Source: Anaerolineae bacterium (GTDB lineage Bacteria > Chloroflexota > Anaerolineae > B4-G1). From it: a stretch of 64,000 nt of DNA. The translations under genes and the position numbers were made by a program. Each line of letters starts with the position of its first letter. Positions within the stretch are counted from its first letter, which is position 1. Location: contig DAOTUB010000002.1 of NCBI GenBank assembly GCA_034437455.1, forward strand, positions 3,176 to 67,175, written 5' to 3'. The notes below the pieces were generated by a model that did no database searches, was not told the DNA's origin, and saw only the letters and a list, made by a program, of their open reading frames with translations. Shown here piece after piece: positions 55,401 through 63,830 of this stretch.

Positions 55401-57213
55401 CGACAAGGGCATCTCCATCGGTCATCCTTCCTCCACGACGCTGGTGAATAATCTGATCTATGCCTGCCTGGGCAACGATGCGGATCCCTACAGTGGCACG
55501 GGCATCGCGGTCAAGGATGGCGCGATCTCGCGCATCGTGAACAACACAGTGGTCGGCAACCGGCGCGGCATCTATCTGTACGAGGGCCACGTGGGCGAGG
55601 GCGGGGGCCACGGCACGGTGGTCAACTCTATCGTGTGGGGGAACGGAGCGGCGCTGAAACTGGACGCGCTCTCCACCGTCGTCGTCACCTACTCCGACAT
55701 CGAGGGCGGCTGGTCCGGCGAGGGGCATAGTCCCGTAGAGGCCACGGTGTCGTGCGGTGGCTTGGGCCACCACACGGACGCCCCTGCGGGGAATATTGAC
55801 GCCGACCCGCGATTCCACGAACCTCAAAGCGGCGACTATCGACTGATGACAGACTCACTGTGCATGGATGCAGGCACGTCGGAGGGCGCTCCGGGCGAGG
55901 ACTTGCGAACCGTCCCCCGACCCCAAGGCCCCGGCTACGATATGGGGGCGCACGAGGCGGTGCGGCTCTCCATCAACACCAACGGCGGGGCGGATTTCAC
56001 CACGCTAGAACCGGAGGTGACGCTGGAGGGGACCGGCTCTCCCTTGCGCGAGGTCTATGTCAACGGAAACGCCGCGCAGTGCCTGACCACCTCGGTAACG
56101 GCGACCTGGCGCTACACGAGCGCGCTCTGGACGTGGGCCAACACCTTCGTCGTCACCGATGGGCTGGACGCTCTCACCGTCACGATCTACCTGGATAGGT
56201 TCCGCGGCGGCGCGCTGACCGAGAGCACCACGCTCACCACCAGCGCAGTTCCCTACTTTATCACCGACGACATCACCGTGCCCGTCGGCATCACGCTGAC
56301 TATTCAACCGGGCGTGACGCTCCAGCTCTGGCCGGGACGTTCTCTGATCGTGTACGGGCGGCTCGCGGCGGAGGGGACGCCCTCTCAACCGATCCGGTTC
56401 ACCCGCGCCCCCCCCTCTGTCCCCCCCAATGGGGGGGAGGAAGAAGGGGGGTGGGGTGCGATCCTCTTCGACTCCAGCGAGGCCGACAACCGCATTGCCT
56501 ACGCGACGGTGGAACACGCCGGCACACACAGTATCATCGCCGATCATTCCAGGCTGCGCGTGGAGCAGAGCACCATCCGTTACCTGGATGGGACAGGCAT
56601 CCTCGTCACCGCTGGCGACGTCGTCGTGCGGGGCAACCACGTCTACAGCGCGCGCCTGGGCATCGCACTAAGCGGGGCAGCGGCGACCGTCGAGCGAAAC
56701 GAGCTGCATCACTGCACCGACCGGGGTATCGCCATCGCCTACACCTCTTCCGTGACGCTGGTGAACAACCTGGTCTATACGTGCATGGAGGGGATCGCGA
56801 TTTTGGATAATTCCAGCGCGCGCATCGTCAACAACACGGTGGCCGATAATCAGATTGGTATCAAAGTGCAGAGCGGCGATCTGGTCACGATGGTCAACTC
56901 CATCGCGTGGAGCAACGGGACGGCATTGACGGTGAGCGCCGGTTCCGCCATCAGCGTCGCCTACTCGAATGTTGAAGGTGGCTGGCCCGGCGAGGAGAAC
57001 GTCGACGCCAACCCGCTGTTCCGCGCCCCACAAAGACACAGCTACCGATTACTAGAGGATTCGCCTTGCGTGGACACGGGCACGCCCGTGGGCGCGCCAG
57101 AGGAGGACATTCGGGGCATCTACCGGCCCCATGGCGAGGGATACGACCGGGGGGCGCACGAGTTCTTTGAGTATTTCTCCTGCTATTTACCGCTGGTCTT
57201 GCGGTCGCACTGA
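52489..57213 (+). CDS. large secreted multidomain protein: lamin-tail domain, CotH kinase-like domain and two right-handed beta-helix modules
   Basis: 1574 aa. LTD (IVINELQYHP...EYIELYN...SGWQFSD), CotH (YRIKFRD...VTLYINE...DNHEGALWLGSGDDYFLY...SWDHD), then two paralogous modules starting LSINTNGG at 54481 and 55967, with NxxxGxxI-type beta-helix repeats. Confidence 0.8.
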   Translation: MDKISDHKPQISNSKWLIIFIGLCSLVIARWSLVIATAQSSPQIVINELQYHPLSDDHGEEYIELYNTGAITVDLSGWQFSDGIHYTFPAGASIPPDGYVVVGHDPATVEAVYGVSGVLGPFESGRLDNGGERVAIEDAGGVLVDEVAYDDHHPWPELPDGKGPSLELISPAFDNNCPCSWGASAERGTPGVQNSVYSLDNIPPCITGVAHTPVFPTSSQPVTVTALINDNSTVTTATLHCRPEGAPGYTSLAMADSGGSLYTGVIPPQANGLYVEFYVTAVDDEGAERLVPDGAPGGVSAETGRFVTVSYIYQVEDTPPTGALPIYRLITTAANWTELTTRDLFSNVLLDATFVHEREVFYNVGIRYRGESTRDVWPRPYRIKFRDEHEFEDRERINLVSDELGREALAHDLFQRAGMPAPNTHFVTLYINESEQGDYLDIEQVDNDFLETHFPDNDTGNLYRGFDGADLKYRGPDPDSYRASYLKENNEDAADPVGDYSDVIALTDALTNSPHETFRAETEAVADMRQWLRWFAIQAVLDNHEGALWLGSGDDYFLYHRPSDGRFLLVSWDHDCLFLFPDHSIWEPDWLGPEIVRRILHYPDFTRWYYQDIASIAANEFSVAEMYPRIDALPDVVSGEKRNELKQYVAARIPALMGQIPGATLSINTNGGQDWVTTDEAVTLEGNCSPLRGVTVNGSTEGVQYPAATDWRYTSALPTRDNVFVVSDGLDSRTITVYRDIFHGGALAENTTLPTSIYPYDIANDIIVPAGVTLTIEPGSMLQFRADRYLRVNEGGRLLAEGTVTQPITFTVQGGSYWGGILFDRTQEDNRIRHAVVEYTREVIANPRSHGVSAYGARVTIADSVIRYTDDSVAVKTYPWFDRDPTIYLLHNEIYGVESDGVHVTGGYAFIQGNHIHDVRRGDYPLEGIEVSHMTTPARLFDNHIHDVSDDCMDLNHSSAIIERNELYHCGDKGISIGHPSSTTLVNNLIYACLGNDADPYSGTGIAVKDGAISRIVNNTVVGNRRGIYLYEGHVGEGGGHGTVVNSIVWGNGAALKLDALSTVVVTYSDIEGGWSGEGHSPVEATVSCGGLGHHTDAPAGNIDADPRFHEPQSGDYRLMTDSLCMDAGTSEGAPGEDLRTVPRPQGPGYDMGAHEAVRLSINTNGGADFTTLEPEVTLEGTGSPLREVYVNGNAAQCLTTSVTATWRYTSALWTWANTFVVTDGLDALTVTIYLDRFRGGALTESTTLTTSAVPYFITDDITVPVGITLTIQPGVTLQLWPGRSLIVYGRLAAEGTPSQPIRFTRAPPSVPPNGGEEEGGWGAILFDSSEADNRIAYATVEHAGTHSIIADHSRLRVEQSTIRYLDGTGILVTAGDVVVRGNHVYSARLGIALSGAAATVERNELHHCTDRGIAIAYTSSVTLVNNLVYTCMEGIAILDNSSARIVNNTVADNQIGIKVQSGDLVTMVNSIAWSNGTALTVSAGSAISVAYSNVEGGWPGEENVDANPLFRAPQRHSYRLLEDSPCVDTGTPVGAPEEDIRGIYRPHGEGYDRGAHEFFEYFSCYLPLVLRSH
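52548..52596. repeat. CATTGGTCATTG word repeats forming the N-terminal hydrophobic segment of the LTD-CotH ORF
   Basis: CATTGGCCTTTGCT CATTGGTCATTGCT CGTTGGTCATTGGTCATTGCC, translated as IGLCSLVIARWSLVIA. Confidence 0.65.
56408..56456. repeat. P2 palindromic element copy, in frame in beta-helix module 2
   Basis: CCCCCCCC-TCTGT-CCCCCCC-AAT-GGGGGGG-AGGAAGAA-GGGGGG-TGGGG, translated as PPSVPPNGGEEEGGWG. The paralogous module 1 lacks it. Confidence 0.8.
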
Positions 57214-57295
57214 AAACTTACTTGTGTATTGGAGTTTCTCGTGTATACTGGTGTCAGGTTTTGAGACTGCCTCACTCAAGGAAAAGGAGGTCATT

Positions 57296-57880
57296 ATGGA
57301 GTACCCACTCGCGTTATCGTTCAAAGTGTCGGCGCTGGCGCCGCAACTATCGGTCACCGACGCCAACGGCAAACTCGTGCTCTACGTCAAGCAGAAACTC
57401 TTCAAGTTAAGAGAAGAGGTGACGGTGTTTGCGGATGCGGAGCAGACACAACCGCTGTACCAGATCGATGCGGATCGGGTGTTGGATTTTTCAGCGCGGT
57501 ACCGTTTCACCGACCTCGATGGCAATGACCTGGGCTTGGTGAGACGAGAGGGAGTAAAATCGCTCTGGCAGGCCCATTACGACATCTGCGAGGGTGACGC
57601 GGTCGTGATGACCATCCGTGAGAGGAATCCCTGGGTCAAGATGCTGGATGGTCTGTTCAGCCTGATCCCGCTCGTCGGCTGGTTCTCAGGGTACGTGTTG
57701 CATCCCACGTTCCTGCTGTCGCGGCCCGATGGCGAGGTCGTGATGCGCCTGGAAAAACAACCGGCGTTCTTTGAGGATCAGTTCACGCTCAGCAAACAGG
57801 CCGAACTGAGCGAGGAAGAGGAAAAGCGCGCTCTACTGGGACTGTTGATGATGATTCTGTTGGAGCGCACCCGTGGATAA
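57296..57880 (+). CDS. LURP-one/scramblase-like (tubby C-terminal-like fold) protein, tentative
   Basis: ORF 57131..57880 trimmed to the ATG at 57296 (AAGGAGG upstream). Repeated beta-hairpin pattern KLFKLREEVTVFAD..., GNDLGLVRREG...; the assignment is from memory. Confidence 0.4.
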   Translation: MEYPLALSFKVSALAPQLSVTDANGKLVLYVKQKLFKLREEVTVFADAEQTQPLYQIDADRVLDFSARYRFTDLDGNDLGLVRREGVKSLWQAHYDICEGDAVVMTIRERNPWVKMLDGLFSLIPLVGWFSGYVLHPTFLLSRPDGEVVMRLEKQPAFFEDQFTLSKQAELSEEEEKRALLGLLMMILLERTRG

Positions 57881-57901
57881 GCGTGCCAGGGAGACAGCAA
57901 C

Positions 57902-58408
57902 ATGGAAGAGTTGGAAGAACGTATAAACCGCGCCGTTGAAGGTATTCTGGGAAACGAAAGCCTGACAGCCGACCTGGACGACGACGCCGCCAAGGTACTT
58001 ATCGAATGGGGGATGACCTGCGTCAATCAGATCGCCCAGAGCGTCACCCGTTTGGATGCCGCTGAAGCGGAAAAAATCATGTCGTCGCGGCTTCGCGCCA
58101 TCCGCCGACTGATGCGCTCGGTAAACAAGTGGATCGGGAACTGGGAGGAGACGGACGCCAATGGCCATACCAAGCGATTGAGCAAGGTTCTCGAACAGGC
58201 CGCCATCATCTACGGCGAGCGCCTTTCGCAGCAGGATGAGGACAGGTGCGGGACGCTTCTAAAGCATCTCGATTCGATGGAGGATCCCGCCCAGATGATC
58301 GCCGACCTGCGCCGGTTTCTGACCGATCCGAGTTTTAGTCCACCAGGAGGTGAACGATGGTCGAAAAAATTCGCCAGATCGTTGTCACAACTGCCATCAT
58401 CGCAGTAG
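57902..58408 (+). CDS. hypothetical acidic helical protein
   Basis: 168-aa ORF with no motif I recognise. Overlaps the next ORF by 52 nt. Confidence 0.4.
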   Translation: MEELEERINRAVEGILGNESLTADLDDDAAKVLIEWGMTCVNQIAQSVTRLDAAEAEKIMSSRLRAIRRLMRSVNKWIGNWEETDANGHTKRLSKVLEQAAIIYGERLSQQDEDRCGTLLKHLDSMEDPAQMIADLRRFLTDPSFSPPGGERWSKKFARSLSQLPSSQ

Positions 58409-59505
58409 TGATTCTGGGGGTATATTACCTCCTGACCGGCTCTGACCCGTTGGGGCTGTTCAGTGAGGTTCCCACCCCAGAAACCATCACAGATACCACG
58501 GGCAGCGGCGGCGACTGGTGGCAGGTTTACTTTACAGATCCAAATACCATAAACGATCCGGATAACCTGAGAGGCTCAATTCCCGAAAAGCTGATCGAGT
58601 ACATCGACGACACTCAACGCACGATCCACATCGCCGCTTTTGAATTCAACCTCACGCCTGTGGCCGAGGCGCTCATCGCCGCCCACAAGCGAGGGGTCGA
58701 GGTGCACTGGGTCACGGACGACGAGCACGGCATCGAGGCCGACGAGGAAGACGATCGCGGGCAATTTGCCATGCTCGAAAAAGCCGGCATCGAGGTCAGG
58801 GACGATGGACGTAGCGCGTTGATGCACAACAAGTTCTGGATTTTCGACAACCAGACGGTCTGGACAGGCTCGACCAACATCACGGTCAATGGCAACTTTC
58901 GCAACAACAATAACGTGTTGGTGATCGATTCGCCCCAGGTGGCGGCGATCTATGAGCGCGAGTTTGCCGAGATGTGGGACGGGGAATTCGGGCCAACCTC
59001 ACCATCCACAGTGAACGCCCAAGTGGCAACCATTGATGGGACTCGTGTCCGGATCTTGTTCGCGGCTGAGGACGAGGTGGTCAGCCAATTGGCCCCGTTG
59101 ATCGAAAGCGCCCAAAGCAGCATCCGCTTTATGGCCTTCTCCTTCACCCACGACGACCTGGGAGCCGCCGCGTTGGCGCGCGCTCAGGCCGGGGTGGACG
59201 TGAAGGGAATCTTTGAGACGCGCGCCAGCGAGACGGAATATAGCGAGTTGCCCGCCCTCTACTGTGCCGGATTGTCCGTGCGTCAGGATGGTAACCCGCG
59301 CACGTTTCATCACAAGGTGTTTATCATCGACGACCAGATCGTGGTGACCGGCTCGTTGAACTTTTCAGAAAACGCCGACGACAGCAACGACGAAAACGTG
59401 GTCATCGTCACCAATGCCGACATCGCTGCCCGGTATCTACAGGAATTCGAGCGTCGCTGGGCCGAGGCTAAAGAGCCGGACGCTGCCGATATGAACTGCA
59501 AATAA
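58357..59505 (+). CDS. membrane-anchored phospholipase D-family protein (two HKD motifs)
   Basis: 382 aa. N-terminal TM, then HNKFWIFDNQTVWTGSTN and HHKVFIIDDQIVVTGSLN. Confidence 0.85.
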   Translation: MVEKIRQIVVTTAIIAVVILGVYYLLTGSDPLGLFSEVPTPETITDTTGSGGDWWQVYFTDPNTINDPDNLRGSIPEKLIEYIDDTQRTIHIAAFEFNLTPVAEALIAAHKRGVEVHWVTDDEHGIEADEEDDRGQFAMLEKAGIEVRDDGRSALMHNKFWIFDNQTVWTGSTNITVNGNFRNNNNVLVIDSPQVAAIYEREFAEMWDGEFGPTSPSTVNAQVATIDGTRVRILFAAEDEVVSQLAPLIESAQSSIRFMAFSFTHDDLGAAALARAQAGVDVKGIFETRASETEYSELPALYCAGLSVRQDGNPRTFHHKVFIIDDQIVVTGSLNFSENADDSNDENVVIVTNADIAARYLQEFERRWAEAKEPDAADMNCK

Positions 59506-59533
59506 AAACGAGGTTCAACCTCTAGGAGGAAAC

Positions 59534-61582
59534 ATGCGTAAATCAACTCACTGGATCGGTATTGCTCTAACCGTCCTCTTACTTGCCAACCTGGCCTGCG
59601 GGCTGAGAGTCAGGGAAGAACCAACCGCGACACCGCTCCCCCCGACCCCCACACAAGTGCCAACCCCGACCCCCAAGCCGACGTCAACGCCAACGCCGGA
59701 ACCCGTCGTTCCTGTGGATAACATGCTCTCGGTCGAGAGCGAAACCCACGGCATGCGACTCTCTTACCCGGAGAGCTGGTCCTACGAAGACATCCTCTTT
59801 TTCATCGTACTCTCCAGCGTTCCCGAATATTCATTCGACGATGAGGAGATGCCAGAGGGAGTGGTCATGTTTATCATCGCTGGCCCCTCGGACGAGCTGG
59901 GGGTGAGCGGCTTTTCGCCGGAAGAAATGTACGAGCAACTTGGCGGGAGCAGCGACGCGGAGCTTTTGGGCGATCCGGTAGAGACTACCATCAACGGAGT
60001 GCCCGTTCAGATGGTCGATTTCCGCGCTACCGAAGAAGGGGAGACGGTTCACGGCAAAGTCGCCGTTTACGATAACGGCGAACAGGCAGGCATGGTCATC
60101 GCCATCTGCCCGGATGAACTGTGGAATGACCACACCGACACAGTCGACGCCATCCTGGAAAGCATCGAACTCTTTGAAGGCTCCGGCTTGGACTTGGGCC
60201 AACAGGAAATTGAGTTGGGCGAATATCGGGGTGACCTGGCTTATGGGGATCGGGTCAGCGACGAATTCCTCGACGACCAGGCCCACACCTGGAGCTTTGT
60301 CGGCTCGGCTGGCGAGTACGTCACCGTCATCCTGTCTCCCTTTGGAGAGGATATGGACGTCACGCTACAACTGCTTTCCTCCGACGATACCCTGTTGACC
60401 GAGGTAGACGATGCCTTTTCCGGCGAGGCCGAGATCCTGCTGAACTATGAGCTACCGGCGGACGATGAATACAACATCGTAGTGCGGGAATACTTCGACC
60501 TACCAGGGGAGTACGAACTGGAGTTACGGGGCAGCGACGAACCGCTGCCCGCCGTCGTGCCGCCCGGCGCTATCGAACAGGGCGAGATCGCGCTTGACGA
60601 GACCGTCGAGGCAACGCTGGCCGAGGGCGAAACGCACGCCTGGTTCCTGTACAGCGCGGGCGTCGGCGATATGGTGGACATCACCCTCGTCTCGGCAGAG
60701 GGGCAGGATATGGACATGACTCTATCCGTCATCGCCCCCGATGGTTTCAGGGAGATTGACGAACTCGACGACGTCTCTTCCGGCGAGGCCGAAGTGGCGC
60801 GATGCCTGGTGTTGGAAGAGCCTGGCGACTATATCATTGTCGTGGACGAGTACTGGGACGTAGCCGGAGACTATTCCCTGTACGTCTCTCCCTGTGAAGA
60901 GCGGGTTGACCTCTACGATCTGGTCGAGATGGGCGCGCTCTCGATGGACGAGTCGGTTGTCGAAACCCTCGGCGAGGGCGAACAGCACGCCTGGACCTTT
61001 GAGACCGTCGCGGGGGATGCGATAGACATTTTCCTCTCGCCTGTGGACACAGGGATGGACATGGTGTTTTCGCTCCTGGCTCCCGATGGCAGCCTGTTGC
61101 TCGATCAACTCGACAAAACCTCCATGGACGAGGACGAAGAGAGCCTGGGCCTGGAATTGGACCAGGATGGCGATTACACTGTCATCGTGGAAGAGTTCTG
61201 GGACGAACCGGGAAACTATTCGCTGCTCGTGGACTATGCCGGTGACAGCGAGTACGAATTGATCGATATGGGCGAAATCGCCTACGGCGACAAGATGCAG
61301 GGGGAGCTGCTTGGAGGTCAGTACATCCACACCTGGTCCCTGGAAGGAACCGCCGGGGATGTCGTCACCATCATCGTCCGTCCACTGACCGACGATGCGG
61401 ACATGCAACTGGCCCTGCTCGACCCAGATGGCGAGGTGGTGTTCGATCTGGACGACAGTGGAACCGACGAAGAGGAAAAGATCGATCGCTACGAGCTTCT
61501 CACCACCGGCGCCTACATCGTCGCCGTCGCTGAATACTGGGACGACTATGCCGAGTACGAACTGAGCGTGAAGCGCGACTGA
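59534..61582 (+). CDS. secreted protein with a Pro/Thr linker and four tandem domains of about 110 aa (PPC/pre-peptidase C-terminal-like)
   Basis: 682 aa. Signal-like N-terminus, PTPTQVPTPTPKPTSTPTPEP, then four repeats each with ...HxW.F....G..V.I.L.P...DMD..L.LL.PDG..L...D......E......L...G.Y...V.E......YEL. Confidence 0.65.
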   Translation: MRKSTHWIGIALTVLLLANLACGLRVREEPTATPLPPTPTQVPTPTPKPTSTPTPEPVVPVDNMLSVESETHGMRLSYPESWSYEDILFFIVLSSVPEYSFDDEEMPEGVVMFIIAGPSDELGVSGFSPEEMYEQLGGSSDAELLGDPVETTINGVPVQMVDFRATEEGETVHGKVAVYDNGEQAGMVIAICPDELWNDHTDTVDAILESIELFEGSGLDLGQQEIELGEYRGDLAYGDRVSDEFLDDQAHTWSFVGSAGEYVTVILSPFGEDMDVTLQLLSSDDTLLTEVDDAFSGEAEILLNYELPADDEYNIVVREYFDLPGEYELELRGSDEPLPAVVPPGAIEQGEIALDETVEATLAEGETHAWFLYSAGVGDMVDITLVSAEGQDMDMTLSVIAPDGFREIDELDDVSSGEAEVARCLVLEEPGDYIIVVDEYWDVAGDYSLYVSPCEERVDLYDLVEMGALSMDESVVETLGEGEQHAWTFETVAGDAIDIFLSPVDTGMDMVFSLLAPDGSLLLDQLDKTSMDEDEESLGLELDQDGDYTVIVEEFWDEPGNYSLLVDYAGDSEYELIDMGEIAYGDKMQGELLGGQYIHTWSLEGTAGDVVTIIVRPLTDDADMQLALLDPDGEVVFDLDDSGTDEEEKIDRYELLTTGAYIVAVAEYWDDYAEYELSVKRD

Positions 61583-61615
61583 GATGCAAGCCTCTCGCAG
61601 GTTGTCCAGGCTGAA

Positions 61616-61647
61616 CCCTTGTGAAGGTTGCTAAACCTTCGCAAGGG
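61616..61647 (+). other. 14-bp stem / 4-nt loop hairpin upstream of the repeat-protein gene
   Basis: CCCTTGTGAAGGTT-GCTA-AACCTTCGCAAGGG (one U-G pair). There is no T-tract after it. Confidence 0.55.
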
Positions 61648-61672
61648 TGGCTGAGTAATAAGGAGAACGTCA

Positions 61673-62083
61673 ATGGGAAAAGTCTACCGCCACAAGCCCG
61701 CCGCGCCGGACGAATATCTGGGCCGGGTCGATCCCGCAAACGGCAAAGTCTACCGCCACCGCCACGGCCTGGATGAGTACCTGGGCCAGGTGGAGTTGGA
61801 TACCGGCAAGGTCTACGGCCACCGCCACGGCCCCGACGAGTACCTGGGCCGGGTGCACCTGCACAATGGAAAAATCTACCGCCACCGTCACGGCCCTGAC
61901 CAGTACGTGGCAAGGATAAAACCGAACAGTCGCATCTACCGCCACAGGCCCGCCGCTCTGGACGAGTATCTGGGCGATGTAGAAGGAATGAGTTCACTGG
62001 TCGAAGGCGGCGCGGCATTCTTCCTGCTCCTTTCGCCTGCCGTCGAGCAGGTCGAGGAGACCGAGAACAAAGAGGGGAATTGA
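61673..62083 (+). CDS. small tandem-repeat protein (five 21-22 aa GKVYRHRHGxDEYLGRV units plus a hydrophobic tail)
   Basis: 136 aa with AAGGAG RBS. The DNA shows five 63-66 bp repeats from 61676 to about 61990. The stop overlaps the next ATG (TGATG). Confidence 0.6.
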   Translation: MGKVYRHKPAAPDEYLGRVDPANGKVYRHRHGLDEYLGQVELDTGKVYGHRHGPDEYLGRVHLHNGKIYRHRHGPDQYVARIKPNSRIYRHRPAALDEYLGDVEGMSSLVEGGAAFFLLLSPAVEQVEETENKEGN

Positions 62084-62784
62084 TGCCCATCGGCACCGCC
62101 GTCATCACCGACATTCAACTCTTGCTCGAAATAGAACACGTGCTCAAGGGACAGGGCATTGATCCAACCCGGGCGCGTCCTCGCCTTGTCGCCGCAGCAG
62201 AGGGCGTGCTCGGCGAGGCGCGGTCGCTGCTCGATCCTGTTGCGCTGTACACCATTCTGCCGGTGCATGAATTTTATCACCAGACGGTCGTCCTGGACGG
62301 CGGGGCGATCTTTGAAGGGCCATTGGTGGCCCGCGCGTTGGCGGGAGCGACAGAAGCCGCCCTGATTGTCTGCACCATCGGACCCGCGCTGGAAGAACAG
62401 GTGGGCGCTCTCTTTGCCGCCGACTCTGTGCGGGCGATGGCGCTGGATGGCGCTGGCACCGCCGCCGTCGGAGAGGTCGCCAGGCAGACCGTCGCCCGGA
62501 TCTGCGACACGGCCTCGGCACGCGGCCTGGGTACGGGGATGCGCGCCAGTCCAGGGCAGGAAGGCTGGCCCATCGAGCAACAGCGCGTGTTCTTCGATCT
62601 GGTTCCTGCCCAAGGGATCGGCGTCCAACTGACCGAAAGCTGCCTCATGCTGCCGCGCAAATCCGTCTCCGTCGTCGTCGGCCTGGGGCCAGAGATGCGG
62701 CCCGACGCAGTCACCTGCGACTTTTGCTCCAAGCGAGAACGTTGCTCCTGGCGCACGGAGCGGAAACGAAATGCCGACCACTGA
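62083..62784 (+). CDS. methionine synthase activation-domain-like protein (Met_synt_B12-like), standalone
   Basis: 233 aa. Has ...MRASPGQEGWPIEQQRVFFDLVP...GVQLTESCLMLPRKSVSVVVGL, resembling the SAM-binding reactivation domain of MetH (from memory). Confidence 0.55.
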   Translation: MPIGTAVITDIQLLLEIEHVLKGQGIDPTRARPRLVAAAEGVLGEARSLLDPVALYTILPVHEFYHQTVVLDGGAIFEGPLVARALAGATEAALIVCTIGPALEEQVGALFAADSVRAMALDGAGTAAVGEVARQTVARICDTASARGLGTGMRASPGQEGWPIEQQRVFFDLVPAQGIGVQLTESCLMLPRKSVSVVVGLGPEMRPDAVTCDFCSKRERCSWRTERKRNADH

Positions 62785-62878
62785 CCCGCGAAGGGTATGA
62801 CAGCCCTGCTACTCTCACGGGTGGCAGGGTCGCTCTGTGCAAGGAAGCGCTGAGGCAAAAGATTGGGTTCTCCTCTAT

Positions 62879-62907
62879 TTGACCTCTATCGCCGAATGCG
62901 CTACAAT
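62879..62907 (+). promoter_or_regulatory. sigma70-type promoter of the second NarL regulator
   Basis: TTGACC (62879-84), a 17-nt spacer, then TACAAT (62902-07). Predicts a 5' UTR of about 110 nt before the ATG at 63025. Confidence 0.6.
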
Positions 62908-63024
62908 AGCATAGTGCAAAGGTATTCTGTGTCTTTACGGGCGCCACCGGCTACCTGGTATCAAATTCCTCACATCCTAGCGCAACACACAGGGCGGTTT
63001 TGTTCCATCACAGGGAGAACGTAC

Positions 63025-63690
63025 ATGTCATCCATCCGCGTGCTGATCGCCGACGACCATCGGCTCTTTCGCCAGGGTCTGCGCCAGCTTTGCGAGGACA
63101 GGAAAGGCTTTGACGTGATCGGCGAGGCTACGAATGGCCAGGAAGCCCTAGAACTGGCGCGTCGCCTGAAGCCTGACGTCGTCCTGATGGATATCCAGAT
63201 GCCCGAGCTGGATGGTGTGCAGGCCACCCGTCTCATTTTGGAGCACGATCCATCGGCGCGAGTGATCATGCTCACCGCGCTCCAGCAAGACACCCACATT
63301 TTCGACGCCATCAAAGCGGGCGCGCGAGGCTACATGCTCAAAGACGCCGACGTGGACGAATTACTGGAGGGAATAGAGGCTGTCCATCGAGGCGAGGCGC
63401 TGATCAGCGCCCGGCTGGCTGCCCGCGTGCTCGACGAATTCCGCCGCCTGAGCCAACCGCCTGACGCGCCGGGAGAGATGGAGGATCTGACCCCTGGAGA
63501 GATGGACGTGTTGCTCCTGGTCGCGCAGGGCGAGGACAACAAGACCATCGCCGAGCGGCTGGCTCTGGCAGAAAAAACCGTCAGCAATCGCTTGAGCGAC
63601 GTCTATAGCAAATTGAATGTCGACAACCGCACGCAGGCCGCGTTGTACGCGCTGCGGCGAGGATGGGCCAGGCTGGATCAAGAAGAATAG
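63025..63690 (+). CDS. NarL/FixJ-family response regulator
   Basis: ORF 62863..63690 trimmed to the ATG at 63025. Has VLIADDH, VVLMDIQMP, VIMLTA, and LTPGEMDVLLLVAQGEDNKTIAERLALAEKTVSNRL. Confidence 0.9.
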   Translation: MSSIRVLIADDHRLFRQGLRQLCEDRKGFDVIGEATNGQEALELARRLKPDVVLMDIQMPELDGVQATRLILEHDPSARVIMLTALQQDTHIFDAIKAGARGYMLKDADVDELLEGIEAVHRGEALISARLAARVLDEFRRLSQPPDAPGEMEDLTPGEMDVLLLVAQGEDNKTIAERLALAEKTVSNRLSDVYSKLNVDNRTQAALYALRRGWARLDQEE

Positions 63691-63830
63691 AAAGAAACCC
63701 GTTCTAAAAAACCCTCCTTTCTTCCGGGGGAAAAACACCTCGAAGGCAGGGGGGTTTTCCCTTCAAACGGATGGCGTTTTCCTCTGGCGCAACGGCTTGA
63801 TTTATGTAATCATGTATGTACGTGAATCAA

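Noticed and set aside
52582-55827. Long minus-strand ORFs (52582..53847, 53899..54717, 54856..55827)
   Set aside because: All are antisense to the LTD-CotH-beta-helix gene. Their composition is Arg/Gly/Val-rich and they carry no motifs.
61673-61990. Regular 63-bp repeats considered as a possible CRISPR array
   Set aside because: The units are contiguous with no spacers, degenerate at wobble positions, and maintain one open reading frame with an RBS. This is a coding tandem repeat.
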